Below, piece by piece: positions 37,347 through 50,053 of a stretch of 64,000 nt of DNA (within the stretch, counting starts at the first letter, position 1; every line of letters starts with the position of its first letter). The notes beneath the pieces were generated by a model that was given only the letters and a program-made list of their open reading frames with translations, was not told where the DNA came from and made no database searches. Origin of the DNA: Phyllosticta citribraziliensis (Eukaryota); the NCBI RefSeq assembly GCF_038025025.1, contig NW_027117338.1:1178001-1242000 (forward strand), in the 5' to 3' direction. Position numbers and translations under genes: made by a program.

Positions 37347-38601
37347 AGCGAGAGCAAGGGGAAAGAAGAAAGAAAACACCGATTGTAAAAAAAAAGCTAC
37401 ATTTTTCCCTTTTTGCCCTCCTTGGGGTCTTTCCTTGTAAATTCTTGACGACGACGGGGGGGCTGGGGAGCCGACGGACGACTTTCCCCTTGGACTGCCC
37501 GTTTTTTTGCCCAACAGGCGGCAGTTAGCATTGGAGTTTTATGGGAACCTTTTTCATGACGGGTTGCTGGGACTTTCTGGGGGGGCTATAGACATGCCCA
37601 GCATGCAAATTTGGCATCAGGAGGCGCAGTCGTCGAGGCTGCATGGATTTTGTCCATTTATTGGGATACCACGGTGGGGAACTGGACAGGTAGATATCAC
37701 ACACTACGGAATCAATAACTTCAGCTGCGTTTGGATTTCCGCGTCCTCTGTTTGCTTTGACACAGAGATTCTCGACACAAACAGTGAGTGCCTGACCAAG
37801 GTCGCAAGGCCATTGAAGTCAGGGTCCAGCCTCGATCGGTCGGCCAGCCAGCCAGCCAGTTGTCCCTGGCCCCTCGCTAGCTGACCCTGACTACTACCAA
37901 AATACCAGGTACCGCAAAACGCCCCGGTCCCGACCTGACCTGCCCGCCAGCGCACGGAAAGGCAGACGGGAGCTTGACTACTTTCCACGAACGTAACCCG
38001 GCCCCCGCGTTGCCAGGGCCGTTTGTTTTGACGACAACAGCACGACAGCACAACGGCACAACCGACTGAGACCTGGTCGCACAAGCCGTGGCACACATCA
38101 TCATAGGAGGGCAGCGGTCAGAGAGCACTCGTTTGGATTCAGAATTAGCCCAGTCATCGTATAATACCCATCGAGTGCTCGCCCGTCCCCAAATCCACCG
38201 ACTGTACGCCGTTCCAATTCCAATACTCTCTTCCAATGCCGCACAATTCCAATTCTGTTTTGCCGCCAAGTTGGGTATTAGAGAGCTGAGGCTCCCCGGT
38301 TCTAGCTGCAGCAACAGACAACTGCTCCCCAGGTGCGATCGTAGTGGCGGAAGACTGCTCCCCACGCGGAATTGTGATGGCTGACGACTTCTCCATAGGC
38401 GTCACTGTAATAGCGGATGAAAATTGACATGGTCTTCGTATGCTACCAATCGAGTACTTGCCGCGCCCTTCATAGTCCTTGTTTTCGGCGGTGACGAGAA
38501 TGCAGCTCACGCATGTTGCGATTCAATTGACTTCTGGGCTATTCCTCCGTGCTCATGCGATGCATTGAACAAAGAGTGCTTCAGCAAACTCCAGGATCTT
38601 C

Positions 38602-39196
38602 CTACTCTTCGTCCTCCTCCTCATCTTCATCTTCCTCCGCATCTTCCTCCTCATCTTCCTCTTCATTTTCCTCCTCATTGTCCTCCTCTTTATTCTTCTC
38701 CGCCTTCTCCATTTCCGCCTCCTCCTCTGCCGCCTGTTCTTCCAGAATTTTGACGATGTGCCTCGCTTTGGCGGTGATGATCTGCCTCTTTGTCATGCCA
38801 GCATACCGCTCCTTTTCCTCATGCTCGCGCGTCCTCGCATGTTCAAGAAGTCGGTGTGCCTCGGCGAGGCATTTCTGGCCGAATCTTATGGCCCCGTCGG
38901 AAGTAACGTGATTGTTGAGCTGCTGGTAGAGCGCTACAGCTTCTTCACCGTGTTTCCTGGGTAGTTGGTCAAAGGACAAGCCGAGGGAAAAGAGCTGCTT
39001 ACGAGGCCATGTCATCGGAGTGCGCGAGCAACAAGCGGCAGTGCGCCCGGAGGGAGGGACTGAGCTTGGGCTCAAGTAGAAGTTCTCGAGCCTGGCGGTA
39101 GGCGTCTTCCTTGTCGCCTTTATTGAAGGCGCCCCATGCTTCCTTTGAGCGCCAGTCAAAGACGCGGCGAAGGTTTAGTGGCAAAAGTTGCAGCAC
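38602..39196 (-). pseudogene. Orphan gene or degenerating pseudogene with acidic C-terminus; exons ~39196-39003 and 38956-38602; start codon not found
   Basis: A helical-looking segment AYRQARELLLEPKLSPSLRAHCRLLLAH joins through a canonical GTAAGC...CAG intron (39002-38957) to KHGEEAVALYQQ...EEEDEE*. No in-frame ATG occurs before the upstream TAG. Confidence 0.45.
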
Positions 39197-41117
39197 TACA
39201 GTCCCAAGGTTCTACAGCAAGGCGCAAAGCAATGCGGTTGCAACTGCCCCAGGCCCAAGTGCCACATGGCTGCTGACACTTGTCCAGTGAACAGATCCTC
39301 CAGCATATGCCTGCTCGAGGTCCAGGACGCATCCTTTTCACATCCGGAATTGTTCGCACATCCTCCACAGCTCCGTTCAGAAGATGAAGCGGTCAGCTCC
39401 CAGTAAATCGGAAGCGTCGGTGTGATGGAGAAAGGTTCGACTCAAGAGCAAGGTGTAGTTTTGAGCCCCTTTGGTGACGTAGAGTGAAACCCAAGGTACC
39501 ACACAGATCGAGTTCGATGCCTACCACTTCATCAATGCAGTTCCGGATTCCGAGCGCTCCTTATGCTCTTGGCCTCGCGTATCTTGAGGCCCATATAAAT
39601 CTGTCGCGATGGAGGTGAAGTACAAGTTGATTTCCAGACATCGCAAGCTCCAGGGGCAGCCACAAGGACGTAGAGTCCACGGGCTGCAGCAGAGAAAAGC
39701 CTCCAGGCCTAAATAGGCAACCAGATAATCATACAACCAGGTACCGTAACATCTGTTGAAGCGTACGAATGCTCCTTGATGATGGTTGGGTTGGTCAGTG
39801 TGCAGGAGTTGTTTTGGGCTTTCTTCTCCTCTCAGTGGTAGGTCGGAGCGCATGGACCATCGATACACCCCACCACGCTTGCCTACCCGCTGCTTTGTGT
39901 GTGGAACAATTCAACCTTCTACGTCGCGCAATGCCATCTTCACCTTCTCCACCAGCACTATCGTCTTCTTCCGCAACGCCTTCAAATGAAGACAACGTGA
40001 AACAACTGAAAAGCGCTACTGCGCGAGCGACACCGTCTACAGCATCTACGGCCAGGAACACAGCGCGCCGTCACACCTCTCGACATCGCCATGTCTTCGC
40101 CGTGCTGCTTCTGGTAGCCGCAATGCTGCTTGCACCGCTGATGAGCAGCGGGCGCGGGTGGTGCCCGTCCTGGACTACGTGGACAACGAAGACAACCCCG
40201 GTGCGCTGGCGATCTTGGTGGTGGTGGCGGCATCATGGAGGGCTGCAAGCGACATTGAGTAAGTGATTGAGACGAGTGCGCGAACGATAGGCAAGCCGCG
40301 GATGCGGACGGGCGGAAGCCAGACACCGTTCTTTTCTCTCCCAATCGACGGTCCTGTCAGGAAGTTGCATGTCGCGCCATTCACCATCGACAAAGGGTCT
40401 GGCGGGAAAAGCAAAAGTCCTGCACGTCAATCCACCAGCTCATCAATCCCCTCCAGTTCTTTCATCATCGAAAGAGAACATACAAGATGGCAGCGCTCCA
40501 CATACCCCTGCCATTTTGCCGCCTCTCGTCGGTCCACCTTACCTGCTGGGTATAGTCTGTGCAGTGTCCTGTACATGCCGTGCAGCGCTAGACTACATCT
40601 GTGTGCTAGTTTCGTGGGATGAGGCTCTCTCAACGAATGATGAGTGAACCGAGCGGGGTTTCTTATTATTGCAACAATGATATCTCTGCCCATGCCTTTT
40701 TCTTTTCCTGGTACCTGGGACGACAGAATAAAAAAGGAACATTGAAGAGACGGACGGGACGCAAGACAGGAACCAGCTGGCACTGAAAAAAGCGCGCGCA
40801 CTTCAGCTTTCCTGTGTTGGTGGATTTGAGAGAGAGCGCCGAGTCTGACTGAAAGGTTGGACTGTGTTCGAGTCTGCTGTCTATCTGCTTGTCTCTGACT
40901 TGTCGTCTTGATTCATTGAGCCGCGAATTGTCTATTTGTCTCTCTATCTGTCTGTGTCCATTACTCTCAATAGCCCATTGAGCGTCTCCCTCTCATCTTC
41001 ACTTCATTGTCTCTTGCGCCCGTCAATTCAGTCGGAAAGATAATAACCGCTTTCTTCCACCATCTCTCTCGCGTTCATCCTTGCAAACAAGCATTCGCAT
41101 TGCAAACCACCACCACC

Positions 41118-43022
41118 ATGGCTCCCTTACGCGTCCTTCTTGTCTCTCTTTTCCACATCTCCTTCTTCCTGGCGCCTGCGTGGTGTCATGTAGCCACCAC
41201 CATAATCACCACCGTCCGTACGTCATCATGGCTGGCTGGCTTGGCTGCTGTCTCGGTTCTCTGCATCGGAACGTGGTCCGCTGACGAAACATTTTGCAGC
41301 AGCTGACAACTCGACGCTTCCCAGTCTTGCCGAGGCCACGGCCGAAGAACTCCAGGCTGGTCTTGGAGCGGGCTTGTTTACAAGTGTCGACCTTGTTAAT
41401 GTGCGTTTGTTATCAAGACATGAGTGCATTCATTGACACGGGGGATGCTGACTTTTCGCGATAGGCATATGTTGCCCGCATCAAAGAGGTCAACAACTCT
41501 GTCCGCGCTGTGGTCGAGCTCAATTCTGAGGCAATCGGTATTGCAAACCATCTTGACGCGGAGAGGAGGAACGGCACTGTTCGCGGGTAGGTCACTCTCA
41601 GTCAGTTCTTCTCTTCGATGCTGATTATGATGACTTAGGCCCCTTCATGGCATTCCCATTCTGATCAAAAACAACATTGCTACTGATGATCAGATGGAAA
41701 ATACTGCTGGTTCCTATGCCCTTGTCGGAGCCAAGGTCCCCCGCGACGCTACAGTTGTCCGAAAGCTGCGCAAAGCGGGAGCCATAATCCTTGGTAAAAC
41801 GAACTTAAGCCAATGGGCCAACTTCAGATCCAACAACTCGACGAGCGGCTGGTCGGCCCTTGGTGGGCAAGTTATTGGAGCCTACTACCCCAACCAAGAC
41901 CCAAGCGGCAGTTCGTCTGGCAGTGGAGTCGGTTCAGCCCTCGGTCTCGCGCTGGCAGCACTGGGGACTGAAACGGATGGCTCGATCCTGTCTCCCTCCA
42001 ACAAGAATAATCTAGTTGGCATAAAGCCATCGGTTGGGCTCACCTCGAGAGAACTCGTCATTCCCATTAGCCCGCGACAGGACACTGTAGGCCCCATGGC
42101 CCGTACCGTGAAGGATGCTGTATACCTTCTTCAGGCGATTGCCGGCGTAGACCCGTATGACAACTACACGTCGACCATTCCCAATAACGGCAGCCTTCCA
42201 GACTACGTCGCCGCATGCCAGCTGTCGGCCCTCTCCGGGGCTCGCATAGGCGTGCCCACCAACGTGATTGAATTCTTCAACAGTGACGGAACCTACGACA
42301 CGGAAGTCGCCGCGTTCAAAGCATCTCTGGTCGTTCTTGCCGCCGCCGGCGCAACAATCGTCCCCGACGCAAACTACACAGCTTTTTCGGAATACGTGCA
42401 ATCGCAAAACGAGACGCTAGTCCTCGGCGCCGACTTTGTGGCCAACCTCGCCACCTACCTATCCAAACTGACAGCCAATCCAGCGAACCTCAGCTCCCTG
42501 GCCGACGTGCGCGCCTTCACGCAGTCCGACCCCCGCGAGGACTACCCAGACCGCGACACGGGCATCTGGGACGCGGCGCTCAACTCGTCGACGCCCGCAA
42601 ACACGTCTCCCGAAGTCTGGGCCGCGTACACAGCGAATCAAATCCTGGGCGGCGCGGGCGGGCTGCTGGGCGCGCTCGACGCGCACAATCTCGACGCCGT
42701 CGTCCTGCCGACCAGCTTCTCCCCGGGCATCAGCGCCATCATCGGCACCCCCGTCGTCACGGTGCCCTTAGGCTTCTACCCGGCCAATGCGTCGGTCGTG
42801 TCGCAGGAGGGCGCGCGCGGGCTCGTCGACACCGCGCCGGGCGTCCCGTTTGGGTTGAGCTTTGCTGGGAGGCGGTGGAGCGAGGCAGCCTTGGTGGGGT
42901 TTGCGTATGCGTTTGAGCAGAGGACCAAGGCGAGGGCGCGTGGGAAGACGTGGGTCAGTCCGACCACGGAGCTGGGCGATGTGTTGGTCAAGGGCGCGAA
43001 GCCGGAGACGTGTAGCGAGTAG
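41118..43022 (+). CDS. Secreted amidase-signature family enzyme, exons 41118-41217, 41300-41400, 41465-41586, 41639-43022; 568 aa
   Basis: Signal peptide, RGPLHGIPILIKNNI (catalytic Lys), GKTNLSQWA, SGSSSGSG, GTETDGSI (Ser-cisSer-Lys triad) and QDTVGPMAR. Confidence 0.93.
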
Positions 43023-43613
43023 AGGGGGTGGGCGGAATGGAGACTAGGAGGAGCGGATGAGGTTGGTGGTTCTGATTCATTGCTCTATTCAACATCATGC
43101 ACAACTCCCGACATTGATTCCCTTTCCTTAATAGCAGTCTCCCTATCAACGTACGCGACAATGAATGGTGTGTGTGTAGACAGACTCCATTGACTCACTC
43201 GCGACCGATACATCTTCAGGGGATACAATATGCCAAGGGGTCTCGCAAAGCAAAGGGAAGAAAGAAACAATCCCAAAGTCTCTCCCCTCAGCCAAACAAT
43301 GCAAAAAGAAGAAGAATGAAGAAATGAATGGGCTGATTCAGCTTGCTGTCGCACATGTCGAATCAATAGCATTCTTCTTTCCCCTGATCCCGCCCTCACT
43401 TACCAAAATCTGCTCTCTGTCCTACCAACGTCGTCACTGAGACACTCCAGCTCTCCCGTCCTTCCGACTTTCCGTCCGCCCGACCGGAAAATCATCCGAA
43501 ACCCCCTGAATCCCATCCGCTCACTTGACGCCACGCTGCGACATGAGAGACACCCACCCTCGCCACGCTCTTTTCTCACTGTCTTAGACTGACCCCCCTT
43601 ACCCCTCTTCGCT

Positions 43614-43641
43614 CCCCCCCCCCCCCCCCCCCCCCCCCCCC
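43614..43641 (+). repeat. C28 homopolymer (G28 on minus strand)
   Basis: 28 consecutive C, seen directly. Confidence 0.9.
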
Positions 43642-44835
43642 TTTGAAACACCTCACGCCACAGCCGTACAACCTTGATTGCTTGGTTGGGTAGTTGATCC
43701 GTTGTTGCACACATCCCGAACACATACCCCTCTGTTCTAGAACCCACTCCTCCTGTTCCTCTTGGATCTAGGTACTGAGAACGTGCATCGTAGGACCTCT
43801 GCCTGCTGGTACTACGGCGGTCCCGTCCCGCCCGCGCGTCGTTGCACTCGTAGCACTGTCTCACCCGCGTGCCTGTTTCCTTGTCTGCCTGTCTGTCTAC
43901 CTGTCTGCCTGTCTGTGTTTCCACTCTCCAGCCGCGCTGCTGTCCCGCCATCTATGTAATACCGTCGTACCAAAAAAGAAAGAGAAAAGAAAAAAGAAAT
44001 GGCGTGTTGATATAGTCTGCGAGACATCATAAACGGAACATTAGCCCGTCCATTGACAGCGTCCACTGCATGCAAACAAGTGAAGCGCGCTGATGTCACG
44101 GCACTGTTGCGTTCCAATGCGCATTGAGATGGAAAGAGAAGGACGGGGCGACGGGATGCAGGGAGAAAGTGTCCCATTCATCGACCAAGGCTGTGTGACC
44201 GAAGTTTGAATACTTCCTATGACCATCTTGTAGGTGCTATGAATGCCCCTGAGAACTTTTACGTATCAACACGCAACACCACGCTTCAACAGCGTCAAGA
44301 ATCGACACATCTGGACATTGTGAAAGCAAAGAAACACCGCAATTGCGATACCTTTTGACGCGTATTTTACATCCACATGCAGTGTCTGTGTATATACGTA
44401 GATATATACCATGCCATGCCACGCCATGCCATTCCCACGCCGACCGTGTATATGAAATGCTGCACTCTTTCTCTATGTGCTGCGCTGTCATGCTTGTGAT
44501 GCCCGCTATGCCACGCCCACTGCAATCTGCTCTCCTCCGCCCACCTTACCCGTTTGTAAATTGCCTGCTCAACATCCTGTGAAGAAGAAAGGAAAAGAGA
44601 AAGAGTAAAGCTCCCCGAAAAGACAAGGTGAGAGATGAGAGTAAAAGGGGTTGTTCCAGATGGCGAAGAGAAAAAGCCTAACGCCGCTGCAGAATCAAAC
44701 GGTCAACGGCGGGGGGAGGATGAAGAATGGTTGCAGATTTGCAAAAACAAGGGTGGGCCAATGGGCAGTCAGCCCATCCAGTCAAAAAGATCCCCAATCA
44801 AGAAAATGATATCCGCGACCTTCTTCGCCTCAACG

Positions 44836-46545
44836 CTACCTGCCGAATCCAGAGACGCCTTCCAAATGCCTTGGCGGCACAGGTGCCGGCCCATTCATCC
44901 TCGCTGCACCCATGGTCCCCATGTCGGCCTCATCGCCGCCTGCGAATCCACCACTGCTGCTGCCCGTCGTCGTGGCCTGCAGTTGTCCCGGCGGTCGGTG
45001 GTACGCCGTGTCCGAAGCGTCAAACGTGTCGACGACGGGATTGTACGTGCCGCGGGGATACTGGGGGAACGGCGACACGATGCCCCCGCCGCCTGCCGCC
45101 GAGGTCGAGTGCTGCAGCTCAAAATCGTTGGGTTCGTCTTCGGACGACGACGAGGCGTAGTCGTCGTTTGCGCCGCGTCGGCGGTAGGCGCCGGCGTAGG
45201 GGTTGTTGCTGGTGAAGTTGGAAGAGGGCGTGTAGGATAGACCAGAGGGCTGGCGTTGGAGCGGGTCGGCGCTGTATGTGGACGTAGGCGTGGGACCCGA
45301 AGCCGAGTAGGCATCTTGGGCGGCGCGGCGGCGCTGTGATGCCGACACTTGTTGCCTAAAAACGTTCGCGTCTCCTGGGCCACCAGCGTCGGCCTCCTCG
45401 TCAATCGTCTTGAGCTCGCTGGCTTCATTGCGCAGTGGCTCCGCTCCTTCTTGCAGATGCGTAATTGGGTATGCTTCAGGTCCTGGAGGCTCGGGTTCTT
45501 TGCCCCAGCTGCGGATGGGGTATGCGCGGCCTTTGCGCCAGGTCTCGGTGACGGGAGGGAAGTACTGTCGGTAAGCGCCCCACGCAGTGAAAATGCCAAG
45601 CATGCTGCCAGTAATAACGTCAAAGGGGTGGTGGCGCGCGTCCATGATGCGAGACGCAGCGATGAGGGCGGCGCCAAGGGCGGGGATCAGAATGATGAAT
45701 GTCTTCCAGACCTCGCCCTTGGAGTCCAAAACGTGCATCTTGGCGGCGAGGTAGATTGTAAGGTAGAAGAGACCACCAAAAGCGGCTGATTTTTGTTAGC
45801 GCAGTATGAGAGAGACCCTGAACACGTCGCACGTACTGCTGCTGTGTCCAGACGGAAAGCTTCTGAAGCCGTCCTTGAGAATGGCGTTGTCGGTCTGCGT
45901 GCAGATGCTGTGATTTGAAAGTCCGTAGACCGGGGGATCGTGGCTTCCAGGCTTGGGCTGACAGCGATCTATCAAGTCCGGTCTTGGTTTGCCCACGGCA
46001 TTTTTCAAGGTTCCAGTGACGGTGAAAGCAGCTCCCACAGACAAGAGCAGGCCAAGAACACCACAGTTGAGCTCCCACAGCCTGTCCTTCATGCGGTATT
46101 TGCCCGCCAACTTCCTCCTCTTGGAAGATGTTCCTTGTGCGGGCTGATTCGAAAACAAGCCATCAATGACCAGGGTGTATATGGCTATGATGATTGCGGG
46201 CGCGAGGACGGCGATGATGACGAGGTCGAAGACAGGGACGCGCTCCTTGACGGCGTAGGGGTATTGAAGGGTGTAGTTTTGCAGGGAAAAGTGTTGGTGG
46301 TACGGTTCGACGGAGTCGAGAGCGTAGAAGCCGGCAACAAAGACACTGGAGGGCGGTTAGAGAGGAGGGCGGCGGGCTGGGACAGGGACCGATTCGTACA
46401 TGATGATGACATAGTCGAGAATGTAGCTGTTTGGACGGGGTCAGCACGCGACAGCAGAGGCAGAGAGCAAGAGGGCAGCTGACGAGATGATGACTTTTTT
46501 GGCCAGGCGCTTCTTGGAGAAGGGCAGCCTATCCATGGCGGGCAT
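44836..46545 (-). CDS. PAP2-family lipid phosphate phosphatase (Dpp1/Lpp1-like), exons 46545-46484, 46426-46400, 46345-45837, 45785-44836; 515 aa
   Basis: All three PAP2 motifs (KNAVGKPRP, SFPSGH, SRIMDARHHPFD), several TM helices and a long disordered C-terminal tail. Confidence 0.9.
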
Positions 46546-47844
46546 GACGGAATTAAGGTTGGCCCCGCTGGCGACCCGGAAGTTGGATTGGGGACGCAGG
46601 AGTCGGCGAGAGCATCAGGTAATGTAGTCCTGGAGCTCCCTTTCCCTCAAAGCCTCAGGGATGGGCGTGATTGGGATTGGGTGTCTTGGCGCGCGCTGGG
46701 CATGCGGTGGTGGTGGCTGATTGATGTGTCGTTTGGTTGGACTGGCCTGCACTATGATGAAGTGATCCGTGTGCCGTGGAGAGGCTCGGACGGGGGTTTA
46801 TAACGCTTCATCCACCGCAACCCTCTCCTCGTGGTCTTCACCCTCCCTTCCCACAGCCTTGTGACAAGGCCGCGCCTCGCGACCCACTCCACCATCTCTA
46901 CCGTACGGCCCGCAGTCTGCTCGGCCTCGGGGCCTTTTGTGTCGCCCAAGAAGCACCCCCGCCTTGGCGCGTTGTACGGCGCTTATGATCTGTATATCCT
47001 GCACGCTGCAGCCGACGTCCACGACAATGCAAGCCCTGCCTCAGCCAGCAAGGGTATAGAAAAAGGTCTAAAACCTTGGACCCTTTGTCCATCACCGACA
47101 TGGCCGCCTGTCGTGTCGAATCCTCCGCCCTCCCAGTGCCACTTGTAAAACACCACAGCCACTCCGCCGTAGCGCCGCGCGTCAGCATTCATTCCCTGCG
47201 CCCCAAGACGGACAAAGCCAACAACTGGACCAGCCTTGAAATAGAAGAAGCACACCGGCAGCCTCGCGCCGTCGTGGCCACAAGAGGAAATTTGACTGCT
47301 CTGTCTCATCCACAGCTTCCCCACTTTTCTCCGTCGGGCAATTTAGCTACCTCTATTTGCCTTCGTATTTTGTACTTGGGCGCTGTAGCGGCCGTGAGAC
47401 CGAGCTTCTCCGTCATCGTCCGCTGCCTGTCCAATCATCTATCAAGTACGGAGACTTGCGCCTTGCCTACAGACTGGTCGGTGAATCACGTTTCCGTCTC
47501 CTTGGATTGGCCAGACCACACAATCCCCTCACTCAAGACAGCGTCGTCGTCAAAGTCAAAACGTCAAAACGAAACGAACCATGTCGTTTGGTGGTCCACA
47601 AGTCATTCAGTCGGAGCACTTATTATCCGGCCAGTAGACCTCGATTCACAAAATCCATGGGTGATGAGCCGGGTTTGGAATTGCGTATCAATCTTTTTTA
47701 CTCGAGTTGCCTTGACTATCTTGGTCCGGCCCCTCGAGAACCCGTGCAACTCCACCGTGGGCGTACATCTTGAATCTTGAAAATAGCCAGAAACCCGTGA
47801 AAAGTGAACCCATCAACCCTGGCACCGCTGCTCATGAAAACCGC

Positions 47845-48784
47845 TTAGTACCTCTTGCCTTCCCTCAGGACGTCGCTGAACTCCTCAAGCGGGCTCCTGA
47901 TGAGCTTGGTCTCATTCCACAAGTTGGGGGTCAGGAAGCCGTAGGTGTTGGAGACGGCGACGAATGTAGCCTTGAGGGTGTTCTCGAGGGTCTTGGTGCT
48001 GCCGGAAGAGGCGGTGTAGGAGTCGCTGACACCAGCGAGCTGCAAAAGACGCTTGACGGCGGGGGAGGCGACGAGACCGGTACCGCGGGGAGCGGGAATC
48101 AACTGGAATTTGTTAAGCATTCGACCCTTCCCAATGTCATCTGGTGATACATACCCTGACGGTGACGGAACCGCACTTGCCGGAGCTCTTGACGGGCAGA
48201 GAGTGGGGCTCACCGAGGTTGGTACCCCAGTAACCTCTCCTGATGGGAACGACGGAGAGCTTGGCAATGATGATGGCGGCACGGATGGCGGTAGCAACTT
48301 CCTTGGAGGTCTTGATACCGAGACCGATGTGGCCCTCGGAGTCACCGATGAGGACGATGGCCTTAAAGCGGGTGCGCTGACCGGCACGGGTCTGCTTCTG
48401 GACGGGCTTGATCTGTAGTTTCGAGATGCATCAGCCGCCGCTCTTGTCATGGCCACGCTCCCAATTCAAATTTGTTTCCCTCCAGCCTTGGTTCAAAATT
48501 CCCAAATTATCCTGTGTGGAGCGGCTCACCTTCATGACCTCATCCTTGAGCTTGGGGAGGAAGAAGTCGACGATCTGGTACTCCTTGATGGGCAGAGAGT
48601 GGAGGTAGATCTCCTCCATGCTCTTGATCTTGCCGGCCTTTACGAGACGACCGAGCTTGGTGACGGGCTGCCACTCCTTCTCCTCGTTCTGCTTGCCGCC
48701 ACGACGGCCACGGCCGCGGCCACGTCCACGGCCACGGTCGCCACGGGCGCCGAATCCTCCTCCACGGGGTGCTGCGTCGGCCAT
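47845..48784 (-). CDS. RPS2: 40S ribosomal protein S2 (uS5), exons 48784-48530, 48412-48155, 48102-47845; 256 aa
   Basis: RG-rich N-terminus, [47 protein letters not shown] and YGFLTPNLW. Confidence 0.97.
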
Positions 48785-48829
48785 TGTGATTTTTGGGTCG
48801 ATTCGGTTTTAGAGGACGGGTCCCGGTTG

Positions 48830-48916
48830 CTGTGAAATCGACAATTAGCCCGCAGTCGATGGGAGAGTCAAGCGCGACGTTGGAAAGGCGTCAGTTGCAA
48901 TGCGGGTTGGACATAC
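48830..48916 (-). other. Probable 5'-UTR intron of RPS2 (87 nt)
   Basis: GTATGT donor, GCTAAT branch site and TTTCACAG acceptor, 45 nt upstream of the ATG. Confidence 0.7.
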
Positions 48917-50053
48917 TGGAGCTGTGCTGGCGTCGCGTCGTCGGTCGGGTCAGAGAGGTCGCGGGATATCGAGTTCGCGTGGTGTGGGCGTTCGGCTGCG
49001 CATTTTTGCGCTAACCGTTAGCGCGACACATCGCGCCTTCTGATTGGACACCACTCGCCCAGCCAGCAGCCCTCACCGCACGACTCCAACAACTTTTTCA
49101 TGATGACGGTTTTGGCAGCAAGCGGAAGTGCTGTCTCGCTGCAGCAGAAGTCGAATGCTCTCACATTCTTCCTCGAAACTTGAACGCGTCTGCTCTCATT
49201 CTTGATCGAGTTCTTTAACGCCACGATGCTGGAGCATATTGAGCCTGCTCAACTGATTTATGCCTTTGCTTGCAAAGCCTTGATGTCTTCTAAGCAGGCC
49301 AATGTCTCACAGCATGAGATCCAATCGCATCTGGCACAGGCCGGCATCACGCGAGCAATATCCCTCCCAAGCAGGACAAATCAAATCATGGAACCATTTT
49401 CTTTGCTGTGCAGAACCTATTCCAGCTTCTATTTTGCAGAATCCTTCAAATAGACGGTCAGAAGGCCTTCCCACAGCCCGCGCCGGCTGCAAAGTCTTAC
49501 CATCGGGCTAGTGAACATCATTAGGATGCTAGCAACCTCGTCGAGGCGATGCTCACCCTCCCTCCCCATGATCCGCAATTACCCTAAATGTACATTGCAA
49601 AGAGGAAACTGACTTGGCGTGTTGCCCAATTAGGGACCATCAAAAGATCGTGCCCCTCTGTGACTCCATCATGCGCCTGCAATCATTGTCGAGCCCCGAG
49701 AATGCATAGACACACCATTGCTTGGCGCCATAGCTCCCTACCCCAACCGGGCGTCGCAATCGTCAAAACTCATTACGCCCATGTCTTCGTTGTGTTGTCG
49801 CCACCAGTCGTCCGACCATGCATGCGTTGCTGAATTCAATCTCTTCGTCTAATGGATTACGAAGTCGAAGGGTGCCCGGGTATGCTCCGGTTTGTTCGCT
49901 TCGATAACAGTCATCCGCAAGCTCCCCCGTGGAGCTCTGGACGTGTCCATAACACAAAGTCCATGCTTGTGTCCTGTTTTCTCCTGGCGCGTGTGTAGGC
50001 GGACCTTTGGGTGGCAGTTGTAAAAGCCGGTCATTGTCGACTGGTCAAATCGC

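Noticed and set aside
39370..39460. GGTTCGACTC T-loop-like motif suggesting a tRNA
   Set aside because: No T-stem pairing, acceptor stem or D-arm could be built.
39931..40266. Ser/Thr-rich ORF with a hydrophobic stretch (VFAVLLLVAAMLLAPL)
   Set aside because: The Trp-rich C-terminus looks like an off-frame read and no consistent gene model emerged. At most a gene remnant.
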